A DNA stretch of 64,000 bases. It comes from Varibaculum sp. (GTDB lineage: Bacteria; Actinomycetota; Actinomycetes; Actinomycetales; Actinomycetaceae). This document shows positions 45,495 through 55,140 of this stretch, one piece after another. Every line of letters starts with the position of its first letter. Within the stretch, counting starts at the first letter, position 1. The notes under the pieces were generated by a model. It did not search any database. It had not been told where the DNA came from and was given only the letters and a program-made list of their open reading frames with translations. The DNA lies in the NCBI GenBank assembly GCA_034090045.1, contig JAXDTI010000001.1:7092-71091 (forward strand), written 5' to 3'. The position numbers and the translations under genes were made by a program.

Positions 45495-47031
45495 GCATCC
45501 GAATCGGAATCCTCGCACTTTTCCCTTAACTGCAATAAAACGCAGGCTAGGGATTCTGCGGCAGCAAGGGACTTTTCCCCTAATATATGCTTTTTTTCGG
45601 GTTCTTCCACAAAGAGCCGGTAATATTGCTCTTCGAGCTCTTCAGTCCTCGGCAATACCTGGTTCACGATTACTCCAAATACAACGTGCTTTGTTGGCAA
45701 TGAAACTGCGTATGTACCGGGGGGATGATGTTCCTGAGAACGAAATAGCATCCTTTTTGTCAGACGCTCTCATGGAGTGCGACAGGGCTTGGGAATCCGG
45801 AAAAGATGCTCTAGTAGCGAAACTCCTGGCGACAATGCTGGACATTATCTTTGCTCCCAAACGCATCCAGGTAACAGATCCCGATTCGCTGAGCGGAGAT
45901 TCATTGATGGAACTATTAAATGAATCTCGTGCATACAGACAGATAACAGAGCACCAGCAGCGTATTCACACAGCGCGATTGGGAGGACCAGGTCGCTTGC
46001 TCATCCTGCATCCACATAACGATACATTTATCAAGATCCATGCCGAAGAACTAGAACAAACAGGTTGGAAGATAACGTGGCTGGACACAAAGACCGATAG
46101 CTGGTTTGCGGCACATGCCAACACGAGGACCATTGTGCGCTTAGCGATTATGAACTCCCGTGGTAACGCTCCTAGGGTGCCCAGCCACGTGGCAAACCTG
46201 ATCGCTGATGCAGACGCTATATGGATTGAGTGGGGATTGGCACAGGCGGCATTGCTTTCACAGTATCGCCTCAACAAGCCCACAGTCATTCGCATCCACC
46301 GCTACGAGGCCCAGACCCAGTGGCCGCTGCTGTTTAACACTGCTGGCTTCGATTCGATTACTTATGTGAGTGACTGGGTACGCCGGGTTGCCCAGATGCA
46401 TCGACCGGAACTGGCTGAGATGCCAAGCCAGGTGATATCCCTGGGGGTGGATTCGAGGTGTTTCACCACCGATAAAACCCCTGCAGCTGTGCGCACTCTG
46501 GCTTTGGTTGGATGGAACAGGCCTGTGAAAGATCCGGATTTTGCCTTAGCTATTCTTGACAGACTCCTTGAAAAAGATCCCTCCTGGCGCTTGCTTTTAG
46601 TCGGGGACGAACCGGATACCAACACCGAATGGGGCCGCCGGCTTGTGAAGCGTGTCGGTTCTCACGGGGAAAGCGTAGAAAACCTGGGATTTCGGCGTGA
46701 CATTCCTGAAGTACTCAAACGGGTTGGTTACATCCTCTCCACCTCTCGGCTGGAGAGTTTCCATTCCGCAGTGATTGAGGGAGCGGTAACGGGCTGTGTG
46801 CCCGTGGTTCGGAATTGGCCAGATGTGAAACACCTCGGCGGAGCGGCGAGCATTTACCCCAAAGAATGGATTGTGGAAACGCCTGAAGAAGCCGCCGCAC
46901 GTATCCTCACCAACCAGCCTCCCAGCGAAAAGGCACGCGTCTTTGTCACAGAGACGCTGGCACTCAACCGTATAAACCACCAAATCGAAGACCTCTTCTA
47001 CAGGAAGAACCTTGAAGGACATCACCGATGA
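45484..47031 (+). CDS. Glycosyltransferase (GT-B, family 1/4-like C-terminal domain) with a long N-terminal extension
   Basis: C-terminal LALVGWNRPVKDPDFALAIL...LLLVGDEP...STSRLESFHSAVIEGAVTGCVPV. The ATG at 45484 overlaps the flippase end. Confidence 0.68.
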   Translation: MKSRHPNRNPRTFPLTAIKRRLGILRQQGTFPLIYAFFRVLPQRAGNIALRALQSSAIPGSRLLQIQRALLAMKLRMYRGDDVPENEIASFLSDALMECDRAWESGKDALVAKLLATMLDIIFAPKRIQVTDPDSLSGDSLMELLNESRAYRQITEHQQRIHTARLGGPGRLLILHPHNDTFIKIHAEELEQTGWKITWLDTKTDSWFAAHANTRTIVRLAIMNSRGNAPRVPSHVANLIADADAIWIEWGLAQAALLSQYRLNKPTVIRIHRYEAQTQWPLLFNTAGFDSITYVSDWVRRVAQMHRPELAEMPSQVISLGVDSRCFTTDKTPAAVRTLALVGWNRPVKDPDFALAILDRLLEKDPSWRLLLVGDEPDTNTEWGRRLVKRVGSHGESVENLGFRRDIPEVLKRVGYILSTSRLESFHSAVIEGAVTGCVPVVRNWPDVKHLGGAASIYPKEWIVETPEEAAARILTNQPPSEKARVFVTETLALNRINHQIEDLFYRKNLEGHHR

Positions 47032-47748
47032 ACGAAGAGCAGAAACCGACCATAGATAGGTATTTTTGGTAGCCGTGTGACGCGCGATGCTTTCGAAAAG
47101 GTAAAAGACGATTATAACCTGGCGTATTACGTGGCTCGGCAGTCCATTATCTCGACCTACGGCAAACGTGGCGATTTTCGGGTTGACGTGGATAAACTCC
47201 AGTCCGCATTTCGGCGGTGAATGTTGGCTGGGGACATTGACGGCAATGCCATGCGGGTAATTTGCGAAAACCCAGACGTGGATCTGCTTTTGTAGGACAT
47301 TACCGATGACCGAATGGGGTTGATTGGTGACAGTAAAGGTGCCTACTTGACTGTCAGTAACGAACTGAAAGAATCGGGTTTCGAGACGAACAACAATCCC
47401 GACTTCTCGAAGTTGCGTTACGGTTCGGCACAGTATTTCGAACTTTTTGAAAAAGCCCTTAAACGGTATAAACAAGACCTCGTAGCGGCGGGCCTGTTCG
47501 AAAAAACTTGGGCAGTGGTTGTTCCCTTTGCCACGCGAATTAATCCCGGTGAGTATGTGCCGCTCAAAACTCGGGGGATGATTTTCCTGGCATCGTTAAG
47601 GAAAAACTGGACAGTGAAGAAGATAAGGCGAATTATTAGTCGATACGGCTTTAATGTTATGCCGATACCCAATCGCCTGATTCGATACAGCCCCAGCAAC
47701 AAATGGACTCTGGCCTCCTATCATTACGGGCCAGATTATTATCGCTAA
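47028..47748 (+). pseudogene. Disrupted polysaccharide-locus gene (DUF6270-like): one frameshift and two in-frame stops
   Basis: ATG 47028 (ATGA overlap with the upstream stop) reads MNEEQKPTIDRYFW*. The next frame from about 47062 reads IFGSRVTRDAFEKVKDDYNLAYYVARQSIISTY...FRR*(TGA 47218)MLAGDIDGN...DLLL*(TAG 47293)DITDDRMGLIGDS..., continuing into track ORF 47314-47748. Confidence 0.6.
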
Positions 47749-47818
47749 CTCGCAGAACAGTTCGCCAAACTGACGAAATAGAAATAGCTAAAATAGTCGA
47801 CCTGATAGTTTTATCTTT

Positions 47819-48808
47819 GTGACAAATTATTCGAACTCGACCAGGATTATCCATGTGAACCGCATTGCGGGAGTACCGGAGGCATTGGTGAGCGAGGCAC
47901 GCACAGAGGGGAAAGCCTGGGCGTTGCGCGAGATACCCGCCGGCCGCGGAAACCCACTGGCAGTAGCAGGGAAACGCCTCGACGACCTGATTAAATGGCG
48001 GCGCACATATTCCCAGGCAGACATAGTGCACGTGCATTACGCAACGAACGGATATTACGGTTGGGGAAACAAGCCCTTCGTGTTGCACCTGCACGGGTCG
48101 GACGTTCGACAGGATTGGCAAAAACCGGGCCTTCGCCAAGTAATCACCCACTCTCTCAAACGCGCTGATGCGGTGATCTGTGCCACCCCAGACCTGGTTC
48201 CTTGGGTGCAAGATATTCGCCCGGATGCCACCTGGATTCCCAACCCCGTTCCAGCGGAATTTCTGGATTCTTCGAATGTGCAACCTCGAGATAAGCGGAT
48301 TATCTTCTCATCCCGCTGGGATAACACCAAAGGCCTCGACCTGTTGCTCCCCTTGGCGAGAATCCTCGTCGAAAGGGGTTTTGAGGTTGTCGGTGTCGAT
48401 TGGGGTTCGGATTCCGAGCGCGCCGCCGAACTCGGCGTCAAGCTCGCACCTCTCATGTCCTTACCTACTTTCCGTGATTTCCTCGCCAGCGGACAAGTTG
48501 TTGTGGGCCAGTTCCAGTTTCCCGCTTTTTCCACAACCGACTACCAGACCCTGGCGCTCAACCGCCCCCTGGTTGCCGCCGCCAATGCCGAGAACGCCCC
48601 GGTCCACACGGTAGCCACCGGGGATTATCCCGGACTGAAACGAGAACCAGAGCGCCTTGCCGACCATATTGTCGAGCTGATGAACGAATCCTCGTGGGAA
48701 AACACCCGCGACTGGGTGATTAAAAACCACCATCCCGCGCATTGTGTTTCCCTAGTCGAGGAGATTTATAAGCAGGTCCTGGAATCTGGGGTGAAAAATG
48801 AATCCTAA
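47819..48808 (+). CDS. Glycosyltransferase family 4-like
   Basis: 329 aa containing ...IVHVHYATNGYYG...VLHLHGSDV... and ...ICATPDL.... GTG start. Confidence 0.7.
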   Translation: MTNYSNSTRIIHVNRIAGVPEALVSEARTEGKAWALREIPAGRGNPLAVAGKRLDDLIKWRRTYSQADIVHVHYATNGYYGWGNKPFVLHLHGSDVRQDWQKPGLRQVITHSLKRADAVICATPDLVPWVQDIRPDATWIPNPVPAEFLDSSNVQPRDKRIIFSSRWDNTKGLDLLLPLARILVERGFEVVGVDWGSDSERAAELGVKLAPLMSLPTFRDFLASGQVVVGQFQFPAFSTTDYQTLALNRPLVAAANAENAPVHTVATGDYPGLKREPERLADHIVELMNESSWENTRDWVIKNHHPAHCVSLVEEIYKQVLESGVKNES

Positions 48809-49862
48809 GCCGATCGATGTGGTGATTGCCTGCCACAATCCCAAACGCCCGATTGCCCGGGCGGTGCGTTCCGTGGTGGTGGGCAACGGCGAGGTGGCGC
48901 GCGCGGTGGTGGTGTGCCACAACACGTCTATTGATTCCATTCGCGAGGTTATTCCGGCTGAACTCGCCGGGCACGTCAAGTTTCTGCACTTGGATGACGG
49001 CATTTATTCCCCCACCGGCCCTTTCACTTACGGCTTGGAACAGTCAAGCGCTCCGTGGGTCATGATTATGGGTTCCGACGATGAACTCCAGCCGGGTGCT
49101 GTGCGTTCAGTGTTGAAACGGAGCGCAGGAGCAGATGCCGTGATTATGCGCTGTGATAGAGCAGGACATACTGTTCCAACCCCACCAGTGAGAGTTTTTC
49201 CACATAGGTTCCGTGACGTGGTACGCGACCGGCTGTTATATCGCAGCGCGCCACTCGGAATTATGCGCCGTAATTTTTTGCGTGAACATCAGATCTCGCT
49301 CACTGCTGGGCTCAGCACCGGCGAAGATCTTGAGTTCACTCTCAAGCTGTGGGCTGAGGGGCGAATCCGTGTGCAGCGCAGCGGGCCGGGATACCAGATC
49401 AACGAAGATGCCACCGATCGGGTGACGATGCGGCTGGCTCCCGCCGCAGATGAAATGCGCCATTGTGAGGTGCTGTGGGCTGATGGGGGGCCGAAAGATC
49501 CAGCAGTGCGCGAGGCACTGGCCTTGAAATACCTGCGAATTCACCTTTTCGGTTTTGCCTGGATGCGCGCGCGCCATGATGCCTGGACAACCGAAGACCG
49601 CGAATACCTGGCGAAACTGTTAAACCTGATCCTCGTTCACGCTCCCCAGGTAACCGGCATCATGTCACGTGCCGATTTGCGTTTGATTCGGGCGCTAGCA
49701 GACCCGGTCACTCCCGTTTCCGAACTCAATGAAGCTGCCGTCATGAGACGCCAGTTCACCAACCCCGCGACCTGGATTCCAGCAAACCTGCGCTACCTGT
49801 TCCACCGCGAGGCTCCACCGAGATTTATGGCTGCGTCGCTCGCCACAAAACTACTACGGTGA
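48798..49862 (+). CDS. Glycosyltransferase family 2 (GT-A fold)
   Basis: Contains IDVVIACHNPKRPIARAV... and ...IMGSDDEL (DxD-like). Confidence 0.78.
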   Translation: MNPKPIDVVIACHNPKRPIARAVRSVVVGNGEVARAVVVCHNTSIDSIREVIPAELAGHVKFLHLDDGIYSPTGPFTYGLEQSSAPWVMIMGSDDELQPGAVRSVLKRSAGADAVIMRCDRAGHTVPTPPVRVFPHRFRDVVRDRLLYRSAPLGIMRRNFLREHQISLTAGLSTGEDLEFTLKLWAEGRIRVQRSGPGYQINEDATDRVTMRLAPAADEMRHCEVLWADGGPKDPAVREALALKYLRIHLFGFAWMRARHDAWTTEDREYLAKLLNLILVHAPQVTGIMSRADLRLIRALADPVTPVSELNEAAVMRRQFTNPATWIPANLRYLFHREAPPRFMAASLATKLLR

Positions 49863-49918
49863 TGCTACGACCTCGTATTATTCTCTCTGCTGCGAACCTT
49901 CACATCTGATACATTAAA

Positions 49919-52900
49919 ATGTATATGTTTGTGTATCGGTTTTTTCCATATCTTTTGGTGGTGGCACTCGCCTGTTCCTTAGCTTTTCCAGGCACAGCTT
50001 ATGCTGTTCCAAATAGTAACAACTATTCTGGTGAAAGCGCTGTTGAGCTTCAGCAGGACACCCTTGGCAATCCAAACCTGGAGGGCGCCAGCCCCGAGGT
50101 TATTGAGGCGCAAACCCAATCGAATAACTTGGCTGCTCCCCTGACACCAGCCACAAAACCAAATGCGGCCTTGCTTACTAACGCTTTGACCTCAGCATAT
50201 ATAGACACAGATGCCGCTACCGTGTATGCTGCGACACGCAGTGCCTCACCTGCGCAGCTCTTTGTACACAAATATCCGGGCGGAACCACAACAGAATACC
50301 GACTGCCGGTAGGTACCGGATCGTGGGATATGGCAAAAAGTGGGAATACTTTGGCCATCGGTATAACCGCCCCATCCGTATCGAAAACCACCTGGGTGCA
50401 AGGCTTCAACACCGCTACTTCACGATTCACACAGCGAGCCACCCTGCCCGCGTCAAACATCGTTATGGCACTGGCAGAGGACACTTTCGAGGCTGAACCG
50501 GGCAACGGTCGTTTTTTTTGGGCTGGAACCTACGACACCAGCGGCGCTTGCCTGTACCGCGTTGACCTACAGAACGGCACCGCTACCCTGCGCGGCAGTT
50601 GGTCAGCCCCCTCCCACACTTACGTGCGATCCTTGAGTGTTTCTCCACGCGGTGTCATCGTAGGGCTGGGAACTACCGGACGGGTCGCAACAATCTCAGA
50701 GCCTGGCACCAACGCTTCTATTAACTCATCCCTATCGGCACCGATTAGCGACACCTCTTTCTGTTACGCGCAAGCAAGTGCTGAATTATCGGCAGGATCT
50801 TTTACCGTCATAGGCACTGAACAGCCTGCTCGCCTCGCGATCTTTAACAACCTGGACGGCAAAAACCTGGCAACCCACACACTTGCCCCAGGAAAAACCG
50901 TTGACCGCATTGCCATAGATTCGAGCACCCACATTGCCTGGTTCACAACTCGCCCGTACGGCACACTAATGTCCTCAGACTTGACCGATCCGACCGCAGC
51001 GCCGGTAAACCACGGCACCCCGGTCTGGGGCAGCGAAACTCGCGCCCTCTCCGCAACAGACGGCACCATCCGGGGCGTGACCGGCACCGGCGAGCTGTGG
51101 ACTTTTAACACAGCCACAGGAGAAACAACCACCGCAGTAATCGTCCCGCCAACCTCCGAAGCTATCGATTCCATCCCGCAAGGTATAGTCCAATTCGCCG
51201 GATACACCCTGGTAGGAGGGCATTGGCGCTATCAGGCCCATAAGGACTCCACCAGTGTCGCGGTGAGTGTGCCGGGCGAACCGAAAACACAGGTCGTGGT
51301 AGGCGATCGGATGTATGCAGCGCTCTATCCTTCAGGAACAATCTATGCGGTGAACAGTGACCTGAGTACCGAACGGGTTATGACCGTAAACACCGAAAAT
51401 ATGCGTCCGTCCGCCATCGAATATAACTCTCACCTGAAACAGCTAATCATGGCTATCGGCCCGGTGTACGGCAGCTACGGCGGCGCACTCGTGGTCAGCG
51501 GAACCGCCACGAATTCACAATTCCATACCTATACCAATCCGGTTGGCACACAGAAAGTTACCGCCTTAGAACCCTATGGGGCGGGTGCGTTGATAGGTAC
51601 CAGCACTGTCGGCGAGGCTAAACCTGCCATTAACACCCAGACCGCTCAGGTGCGTTTTTGGTTGCCGAATGGGAACGCAACAACCGGCATGAACAATTGG
51701 ATAAGAACAATTCCAAACGCTATGGAAGTCACAGGTATTGAGTATGTCGAGGACGTGCGCGGCAACTTCGTGGTCGCTGTCGGAACGGACAAATCCGGTG
51801 AGGGCTGGGTCGCTGGGCTTGATGCCGATTCTGGCGAGCTACTGTGGAAATCTCCCGTATCTACATGGGTCAAGAATCTTCAGCAGGCTGATGGACAGCT
51901 CTCTGCACTGATCGGCGGGACGCTACGTCAAATTGGTGCCAGTCGCACAAACGTTGCTTTGACCATGATTAACAAGGGCGTCAGTGGCTCTGATAATACG
52001 AACCTGGCCTATAGTTCAGCCAGCAGCGTCACCAACGGAAAGATTCAAGTTGCTTCCGTGACTGCTGGGAGCAGCTCTATGATTCGCTCCGCCACCCTAA
52101 CCAATCCGCGAGTGACCTATCGAATCGCTGGAGACGATCGCTTTGCGACAGCGGTTGCGGTGTCAAAAAACACCTATGAGAGCGCGGACACTGTTTTCTT
52201 GGTGCGCTATGACAATTATGCTGACGCACTGGCTGCCGGTCCGCTAGCCGCCCGACTGAATGCACCGATATTGCTGGTGAACGGCAATAAAATCGATGCG
52301 GCGACTCGTGCCGAAATTGTCCGCTTGGGCGCGAAACAGGCGATTGCGATTGGCGGTACTGGTGTAATACCTGACACGATTTCAGCCGCCCTGCCCTCGG
52401 GCGTGAAACTGAGTGGACGCCTGGGCGGGCGCGACCGCTATCAGACTTCACTCCTGATTGCGAAACGTATCGAAGCCCTGGCCGGACAGAAGCTGCCGGT
52501 ACTGGTGGCGACCGGAACTAACTTTGCCGATGCGCTCTCCGGTGGCCCGGCAGCTGTCAGGGCCGGGGGAACAATCTTGCTCTATGATCCGCTACCGGGC
52601 ACTGAGGCAAACAGAGCTTTCCTCACAGATCGAAATATTGCGGCTCTCGGCGGGCCAGCCGCGAACGGGTTACGCAAATCTGGACTGAAACCGGAAGTAT
52701 CGCTAGTGGGTTCGGATCGCTATGCGACTGCCCGGCTGGTCGCGAACAAATATTTTCCTGCCAGCGCTAATGTCTATCTTGCATACGGCATGAACTTTCC
52801 TGACGGGTTGAGCGCAGCCCCACTTGCCGGAAAAGCGGGTGCACCACTACTGTTGGCAAACACCCGGGATCTGACCGCCTCAACTAAAAATGCAATAACA

Positions 52901-52987
52901 GCTGGGCATGGTCAACGCCGGGTTTACCTGATAGGCGGCCCCGGAGTCCTCGCAGACACCCTCTATCAACAGGCCGTTAATCTCTAG
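49919..52987 (+). CDS. Large secreted surface protein: signal peptide, repeat-rich (beta-propeller-like) body, three C-terminal CWB2 cell-wall-binding repeats
   Basis: Signal ...LAFPGTAYA. The C-terminal repeats are initiated by RIAGDDRFATAVAVS, RLGGRDRYQTSLLIA and LVGSDRYATARLVA, each followed by ...ADAL/DGLSxxP.... Confidence 0.8.
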   Translation: MYMFVYRFFPYLLVVALACSLAFPGTAYAVPNSNNYSGESAVELQQDTLGNPNLEGASPEVIEAQTQSNNLAAPLTPATKPNAALLTNALTSAYIDTDAATVYAATRSASPAQLFVHKYPGGTTTEYRLPVGTGSWDMAKSGNTLAIGITAPSVSKTTWVQGFNTATSRFTQRATLPASNIVMALAEDTFEAEPGNGRFFWAGTYDTSGACLYRVDLQNGTATLRGSWSAPSHTYVRSLSVSPRGVIVGLGTTGRVATISEPGTNASINSSLSAPISDTSFCYAQASAELSAGSFTVIGTEQPARLAIFNNLDGKNLATHTLAPGKTVDRIAIDSSTHIAWFTTRPYGTLMSSDLTDPTAAPVNHGTPVWGSETRALSATDGTIRGVTGTGELWTFNTATGETTTAVIVPPTSEAIDSIPQGIVQFAGYTLVGGHWRYQAHKDSTSVAVSVPGEPKTQVVVGDRMYAALYPSGTIYAVNSDLSTERVMTVNTENMRPSAIEYNSHLKQLIMAIGPVYGSYGGALVVSGTATNSQFHTYTNPVGTQKVTALEPYGAGALIGTSTVGEAKPAINTQTAQVRFWLPNGNATTGMNNWIRTIPNAMEVTGIEYVEDVRGNFVVAVGTDKSGEGWVAGLDADSGELLWKSPVSTWVKNLQQADGQLSALIGGTLRQIGASRTNVALTMINKGVSGSDNTNLAYSSASSVTNGKIQVASVTAGSSSMIRSATLTNPRVTYRIAGDDRFATAVAVSKNTYESADTVFLVRYDNYADALAAGPLAARLNAPILLVNGNKIDAATRAEIVRLGAKQAIAIGGTGVIPDTISAALPSGVKLSGRLGGRDRYQTSLLIAKRIEALAGQKLPVLVATGTNFADALSGGPAAVRAGGTILLYDPLPGTEANRAFLTDRNIAALGGPAANGLRKSGLKPEVSLVGSDRYATARLVANKYFPASANVYLAYGMNFPDGLSAAPLAGKAGAPLLLANTRDLTASTKNAITAGHGQRRVYLIGGPGVLADTLYQQAVNL

Positions 52988-53192
52988 TTATCGTTTTCCA
53001 GGAAAACATATTCGGGGCGTGGCTCCTTGGTTTTGTATGGCAGCTATACGGCAAGCTCAAAAACACTGCTAGTGAACAAACGTGATTCGCTTAAACCATG
53101 TACCTATACCCCAAAGAATCTCGTGAATGTAGCGAGCTACAGTATTCCTGTAAACGCCTCTGCGGGAATGCTGCGCCGCGATATTAGCCGAA

Positions 53193-54908
53193 TCAGCGCA
53201 GGCAGCTGCGAGCCTGATTCAAGGCGTTTTGAGAAACCGCACCAGTACCGCCGAGTGCTACAACCTTTGAGGCTCCAGAGATCTTTATGTAGTTACAGGT
53301 GGAGGTCGGTAAGCTCGAATAGGTTGTCAGGAGTATCCTCCCGTTAACCAATTCTCCGCCCGCCACCGCGTCCACAAATTGTTGCCCATTCGCCAGGTAT
53401 ATTATCGAGTGTGTTTGCGGATTTGTAGCTGCTTTAGCGATTTCAACTGCTGTCGCGTACCGATCTGTGCCGAACAGGTACGAGTTTGGAGTAAAAGATC
53501 CGAGAGGGTTACCGCCTAGTTGTACAGTCTGTTTGCCGCTCAGTAATACCGAGGTCTCATTATCAAAACCGTTTTTTCGTGTGCCGAACAGCAGCGGCCC
53601 TGCGGTTAAGGTACCACCGACTACCGCGTCGGGAGAACCCAGCCCCGTATCACCAACACCATCGGTGACATAGGCTGTCGAAAAACCATTCGGGAAAACA
53701 TGGCGCGCAATCGACACGGCAGTACCATAACGATCCGTACCGGCCAGCCTCCCGGTTGCGAACCCGAGAGACCGAAGCTGCGACTCCACTCCCCCTGATA
53801 GGACACCGGTGCCACCCAATAAATACACTGTTTTCAGGTCTTTGCCACGCAATTCGAGGAGATAATTTTTCACCGAAGTGTCAAGCGAACCTGCATTATT
53901 CAAAATCACGGGACCGTCGGTGAGCGAGCCCGCTGCCAACGCATCGGCAGTCGAGATAGCCGAAGCCAGATAAGCAACTTTTGAACCATTCGGATAGGCA
54001 CAACGACCTATACCTATAGATGTTTCCACACGTGTAGCACCCCAGATACGGTCATTACAGTTCGATACATACTTTGTCACCGTCGCACCGGAATTTGGGG
54101 CACCAAACCAGGTCGCGAACATCCGATAAAAATTTCGGTTCCCATAAGAGGAGCAGGAATCGCCCAGACCGGTAACTGCCCGAAGCGCGGCAGCATTAGG
54201 AACGAGCGGCGTGTAGTTATACAGCGCTGCGGTCGCGGCGTTTCGGATATTAACTGTCAAGGATCCGCAAGATGTTTTCGGATGATAACTGATGTTTTTT
54301 GTTATCCCCGCGCGATGATTAAACGAGTACGGCTGTATCCGGTACTGTTGCAGGCGGGACGCGGCAGAGTAGACCTGCTTGGCAAAACCGGCGTATTGGG
54401 AGTTGCAGGGAGCGGTGTCTGGACAGGCAAAACCGGTTGCTTTTTGATAGGCATATGCGCTGGGGTTAGTTGTGGTAACGAGCCCCTGTTCTTTTTGCAG
54501 TATAACAAGCAGCACCTGAGGATTGATGTTACAGGCTCTCGCGGATTTCCCGATTATGGCCGCTGCACTGTCGCTGTTGGAGCCGGTGTAACTGCCGGGG
54601 CACCAGGAACTCGCCGGCAGGGTCACGGTTTTGAAGCGGGCATTCTTCAGGCATGGCGACCCGTCTTTCCCGTTTTTGCAGTTCGCGCCTTTTTCGTTGA
54701 GGAAAGATTGTATCTGAGCATCGGTCATGGTCGATGCTGCTGCAGCACCGTACATGAGGGAATCATCAATCAGGTAACCGTAGTCGAATCCTTCAAGCCC
54801 GGTGGCAGCAGCGGCGTGTGGAGCGGTAATGATACCGGTTACGGCTATGAGTATCGACAGGACTGTGACGGTGAAACACCGCGCTATTCGGGTATTAAAA
54901 ACGGACAT
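53193..54908 (-). CDS. Secreted protein: conserved N-terminal domain (possible glycan hydrolase; uncertain) and three CWB2 repeats
   Basis: Signal ...APHAAAA. The N-domain contains NPQVLLVILQKEQGLVT. The CWB2 repeats are initiated by RIWGATRVETSIGI, RLAGTDRYGTAVSIA and LFGTDRYATAVEIA. Confidence 0.72.
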   Translation of the reverse strand: MSVFNTRIARCFTVTVLSILIAVTGIITAPHAAAATGLEGFDYGYLIDDSLMYGAAAASTMTDAQIQSFLNEKGANCKNGKDGSPCLKNARFKTVTLPASSWCPGSYTGSNSDSAAAIIGKSARACNINPQVLLVILQKEQGLVTTTNPSAYAYQKATGFACPDTAPCNSQYAGFAKQVYSAASRLQQYRIQPYSFNHRAGITKNISYHPKTSCGSLTVNIRNAATAALYNYTPLVPNAAALRAVTGLGDSCSSYGNRNFYRMFATWFGAPNSGATVTKYVSNCNDRIWGATRVETSIGIGRCAYPNGSKVAYLASAISTADALAAGSLTDGPVILNNAGSLDTSVKNYLLELRGKDLKTVYLLGGTGVLSGGVESQLRSLGFATGRLAGTDRYGTAVSIARHVFPNGFSTAYVTDGVGDTGLGSPDAVVGGTLTAGPLLFGTRKNGFDNETSVLLSGKQTVQLGGNPLGSFTPNSYLFGTDRYATAVEIAKAATNPQTHSIIYLANGQQFVDAVAGGELVNGRILLTTYSSLPTSTCNYIKISGASKVVALGGTGAVSQNALNQARSCLR

Positions 54909-55085
54909 GACCCCTCGTTACCGATGTTGCGAATGTAAAAACACATATAGTTTACCAGGCTTATTTTTGTTGCTGCCTTGTTTTTTGTTCGGCATCAGAA
55001 AAACTGGTGTTCTCTTCATTGGCGGGAACTTGGAGAGCATAAGGTTGAGCTACCGCGTGCGTGTATGGGTTAATAATGTGATAAA

Positions 55086-55133
55086 GACGGGGGTTCACCA
55101 CCACATCCTCAGGTGTGGCGCTGAACCCCCGTC
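55086..55133 (-). terminator. Stem-loop terminator downstream of the metalloprotease gene
   Basis: GACGGGGGTTCA ... TGAACCCCCGTC form 12-bp arms with an inner CCACA/TGTGG pairing. On the minus strand CTTTAT follows. It lies 8 nt after the stop codon. Confidence 0.55.
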
Positions 55134-55140
55134 TGTGGCG

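Noticed and set aside
46597-47475. 292-aa minus-strand ORF
   Set aside because: It is antisense to the end of the glycosyltransferase gene and to the disrupted DUF6270-like gene. It has no SD and no recognisable motifs.
52988-53192. Palindrome GTTTTCCAGGAAAAC and other short hairpins between the convergent CWB2 genes
   Set aside because: The stems are short with a near-zero loop and no U-tract. The evidence is insufficient to call terminators or a regulatory element.
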